A model generated the notes under the pieces. That model was given only the letters and a program-made list of their open reading frames with translations, did not search any database and was not told the DNA's origin. A DNA stretch of 63,948 bases, the filler included, from Globobulimina sp. (lineage: Eukaryota), in the NCBI GenBank assembly GCA_003354225.1. It is 21 parts of 21 records of this genome, joined end to end, with 100 filler letters (N's around TTAATTAATTAA, not from the genome) between each part and the next. Parts side by side here need not be neighbours in the genome. Positions count along the whole stretch, not along the records: positions 61,002 to 63,948 come from PIVH01004269.1; 20 more parts are not named here. One strand, 5' to 3'. Position numbers and translations under genes: made by a program. Shown one piece after another: positions 61,815-63,948 of the stretch; the first letter of the stretch is position 1; the number at the start of each line of letters is the position of its first letter.

Positions 61815-63544
61815 TCACCTAAAAATTTTTAATTTCTTTGTCATATTTACAATAATAATGGTACGATTAGCCGAAGCAATAACTCTTTCAATATACGCAT
61901 CTGACGTAATCCCAAGTTCGTAATGCCTCAGTAAAACATGTCCAAAACAAATGATATTCTTTCTAATGACAGTTGAACATTGGTTATAGTCATTTGATCC
62001 AAAAGCGATTAAATCATTAGTCGATGTCAATAAAACAGTGTGACATTGTCCGGCTTCAGCATCAATAACCTTAATATTCTCAAAAGCAAATCTGTTGATA
62101 TTATCATTGTCCGTAGATTTTTGAAATGTGAATGGCTCGTGTAGTGTCTCGAAATATTTTGTCCCACATTGTCCTTTATCATTAGAGCCAAATAAATAGC
62201 ACAAACCATTCGAATCGCAACACACTGAATGATGAGCACCACAATTTATCCTCGTTATGTGATCGCGAGTGTCATTATCTGTTTTTTTGTCAACAAACCA
62301 TGGGTGTTTTATCGCCTCATATATACGCTGTTTCATATTATTTTCAATTGCCATGTGACCAAATACCCACAGCTCACCATTTTCATCAAGGCATAGATTA
62401 TGGTTATCACCACACGCGATACTCTTTATTCTGACATCTAATTCGATTTTTGAAAGTGCCTTATGACCCTTAGCTAAATTTGATTTATCAATTGACGATA
62501 TCGATATGTTCCCCAAGTTTGGTCCGGATCCAGCATAGGCGTTGACATCGTATGCTGAACTTACAGGTGTTACTAAACCATCATATTTTAGCTGAAAGTT
62601 AACTAACTGTGGCACACTAACTTTTTTTACATCAGCAGCTAATCCTAACTGACCACTCCAATTTTGTCCACAGCTCCAAACACTGCCATTGGAGCAAAGA
62701 AAAAGAGTATGATATTTACCACATTTGATGTCTTTTATTTTGTGTTTTTCAAGGTTTAGGTACAAGTCATCTGACACCTTATCTGACCAAACGTTTTTGA
62801 TTTCTGTCCATTGTGATAACGGATTCTCGTCAGCTTTAATAGTCAGAGTACATATTGAAAACATGAAAACGTGTTTGCATGTATCAAACCTGTGGCACAC
62901 TGTCCGAATTTGTTTTTGCCATAACAGAAAATGTGTTGTTGACATGTGTTGCGATTAATAGTCGAAATAAAAAGATGTTTATTTGATATTCCGTCTGAAA
63001 TAATATCAATAAAATTATGTTTATTGTTATTTTCAGCGAAAAACTTAATATGTTTAAAAGATCCAAGGTCTTGATCTGTACAATATACTTTATCCTGAAT
63101 AGTGGAAACATGGCATATATCATTAGCACCATTGTAATGTATGGCAGCTGGAGAAGATGCTTCATGGGACATTCTAAACGTTGAATAAAACGATTGGTCA
63201 GATGCTCCAACTTCTATGGTAACATATTGAGGGAAATATGTTTTTTTAACGGATGTTAATATAACAGGTGGAATCAATTTTGTTTTCTTATGTTCATAGA
63301 GTAATTGTCTGATATATCCAGTAATTAATATTTCCATTTTTATTGTTCCATTGGCTAATGTACTACAATTATCCTTGAAAAGTCCTCGTGATTCAATTAT
63401 TCTTTGAGATGTTATTTCACTGAGCGATGCTATATTTGGTGATGCAGATATTTTTCTTAATATTGCCTTTATATTAGGTTTATTAACATCGTTTAGATCT
63501 AATCGCTCGAATTTTTGATTTTTTGCTGAGGTGCACACTCCCAT
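61815..63544 (-). CDS. RCC1-repeat protein with MGVCTS acylation motif; intron about 62836-62889
   Basis: CGKYHTLFL..GSVWSCGQNWSGQLG, ACGDNHNL, CGAHHS..FGSNDKGQCG, AGQCHT. Confidence 0.9.
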
Positions 63545-63948
63545 TAAATTCTTTTTTCTGTATGGACATTAAACGATTTTCGAGAGATGTGACTATAAAA
63601 AAGTTCCAGTGAACAGTGATATCTTTTTAAAAGAGACATAAAATATCAACTTTTTGATGACAATAAAATTGTATTTCAATTTTCAAACCCTTTCAGAATT
63701 CAGATTATTGGAATAATAGTATTATAGCTATAGCAGTATAGCTAAATAAACAATCAGAAATGTATAGCATTTGATTATACAAACTTACATTCTAAAACAA
63801 AATCATTAATAATTAAATTAAATAGAAACAGAGACTAATACTTCTTTTTTTAATAATGGATGAATTAAAAGGGATAAATATTTAATAAAATTTGGTAAAT
63901 CCAATTTTTGTTCTTCACAATTTGATAGAAAATTGCTTGCTTCTTCTT

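Noticed and set aside
62836-62945. Programmed frameshift between overlapping RCC1 ORFs
   Set aside because: Explained by a short GT-AG intron (GQCAT|ADENP)
1-63948. Alternative genetic code or stop readthrough
   Set aside because: Long conserved ORFs translate cleanly in the standard code; most breaks match short introns

Overview
The window is not a contiguous locus. It is 21 unrelated contigs of about 2.95 kb, sorted by decreasing length (2952 to 2947 bp) and joined by 100-bp N44-TTAATTAATTAA-N44 linkers, so neighbourhood only means something within a contig. The DNA is AT-rich and eukaryotic: short GT-AG introns, standard genetic code, very compact genes. The gene repertoire (7TM-RGS, Cys-rich surface proteins, LIxGYIR-motif proteins, nitrate transporters) resembles a rhizarian or foraminiferan protist; this is an inference. 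Recognisable content: a Ty1/copia element in RT-RH/PPT/LTR/PBS/gag order, with a PBS matching the tRNA-Arg(UCU) anticodon arm; a DIRS/Ngaro-type gag-like gene with a predicted intron; several MITE-like inverted repeats; an array of GAA-loop DNA hairpins; tandem NRT2-type and bacterial NarK-type nitrate transporters; tail-anchored Elp3; Hop1-like HORMA; a C-terminal Hint domain; BVMO; HutD; amidoligase; an AsaB/NvfI-like oxygenase; GH3; GH31; a GT69-like enzyme; sulfotransferase; ceramidase; Serinc; and RCC1, LRR, BACK, RING and C2H2 proteins. All family calls come from motif recognition by eye; no searches were run.
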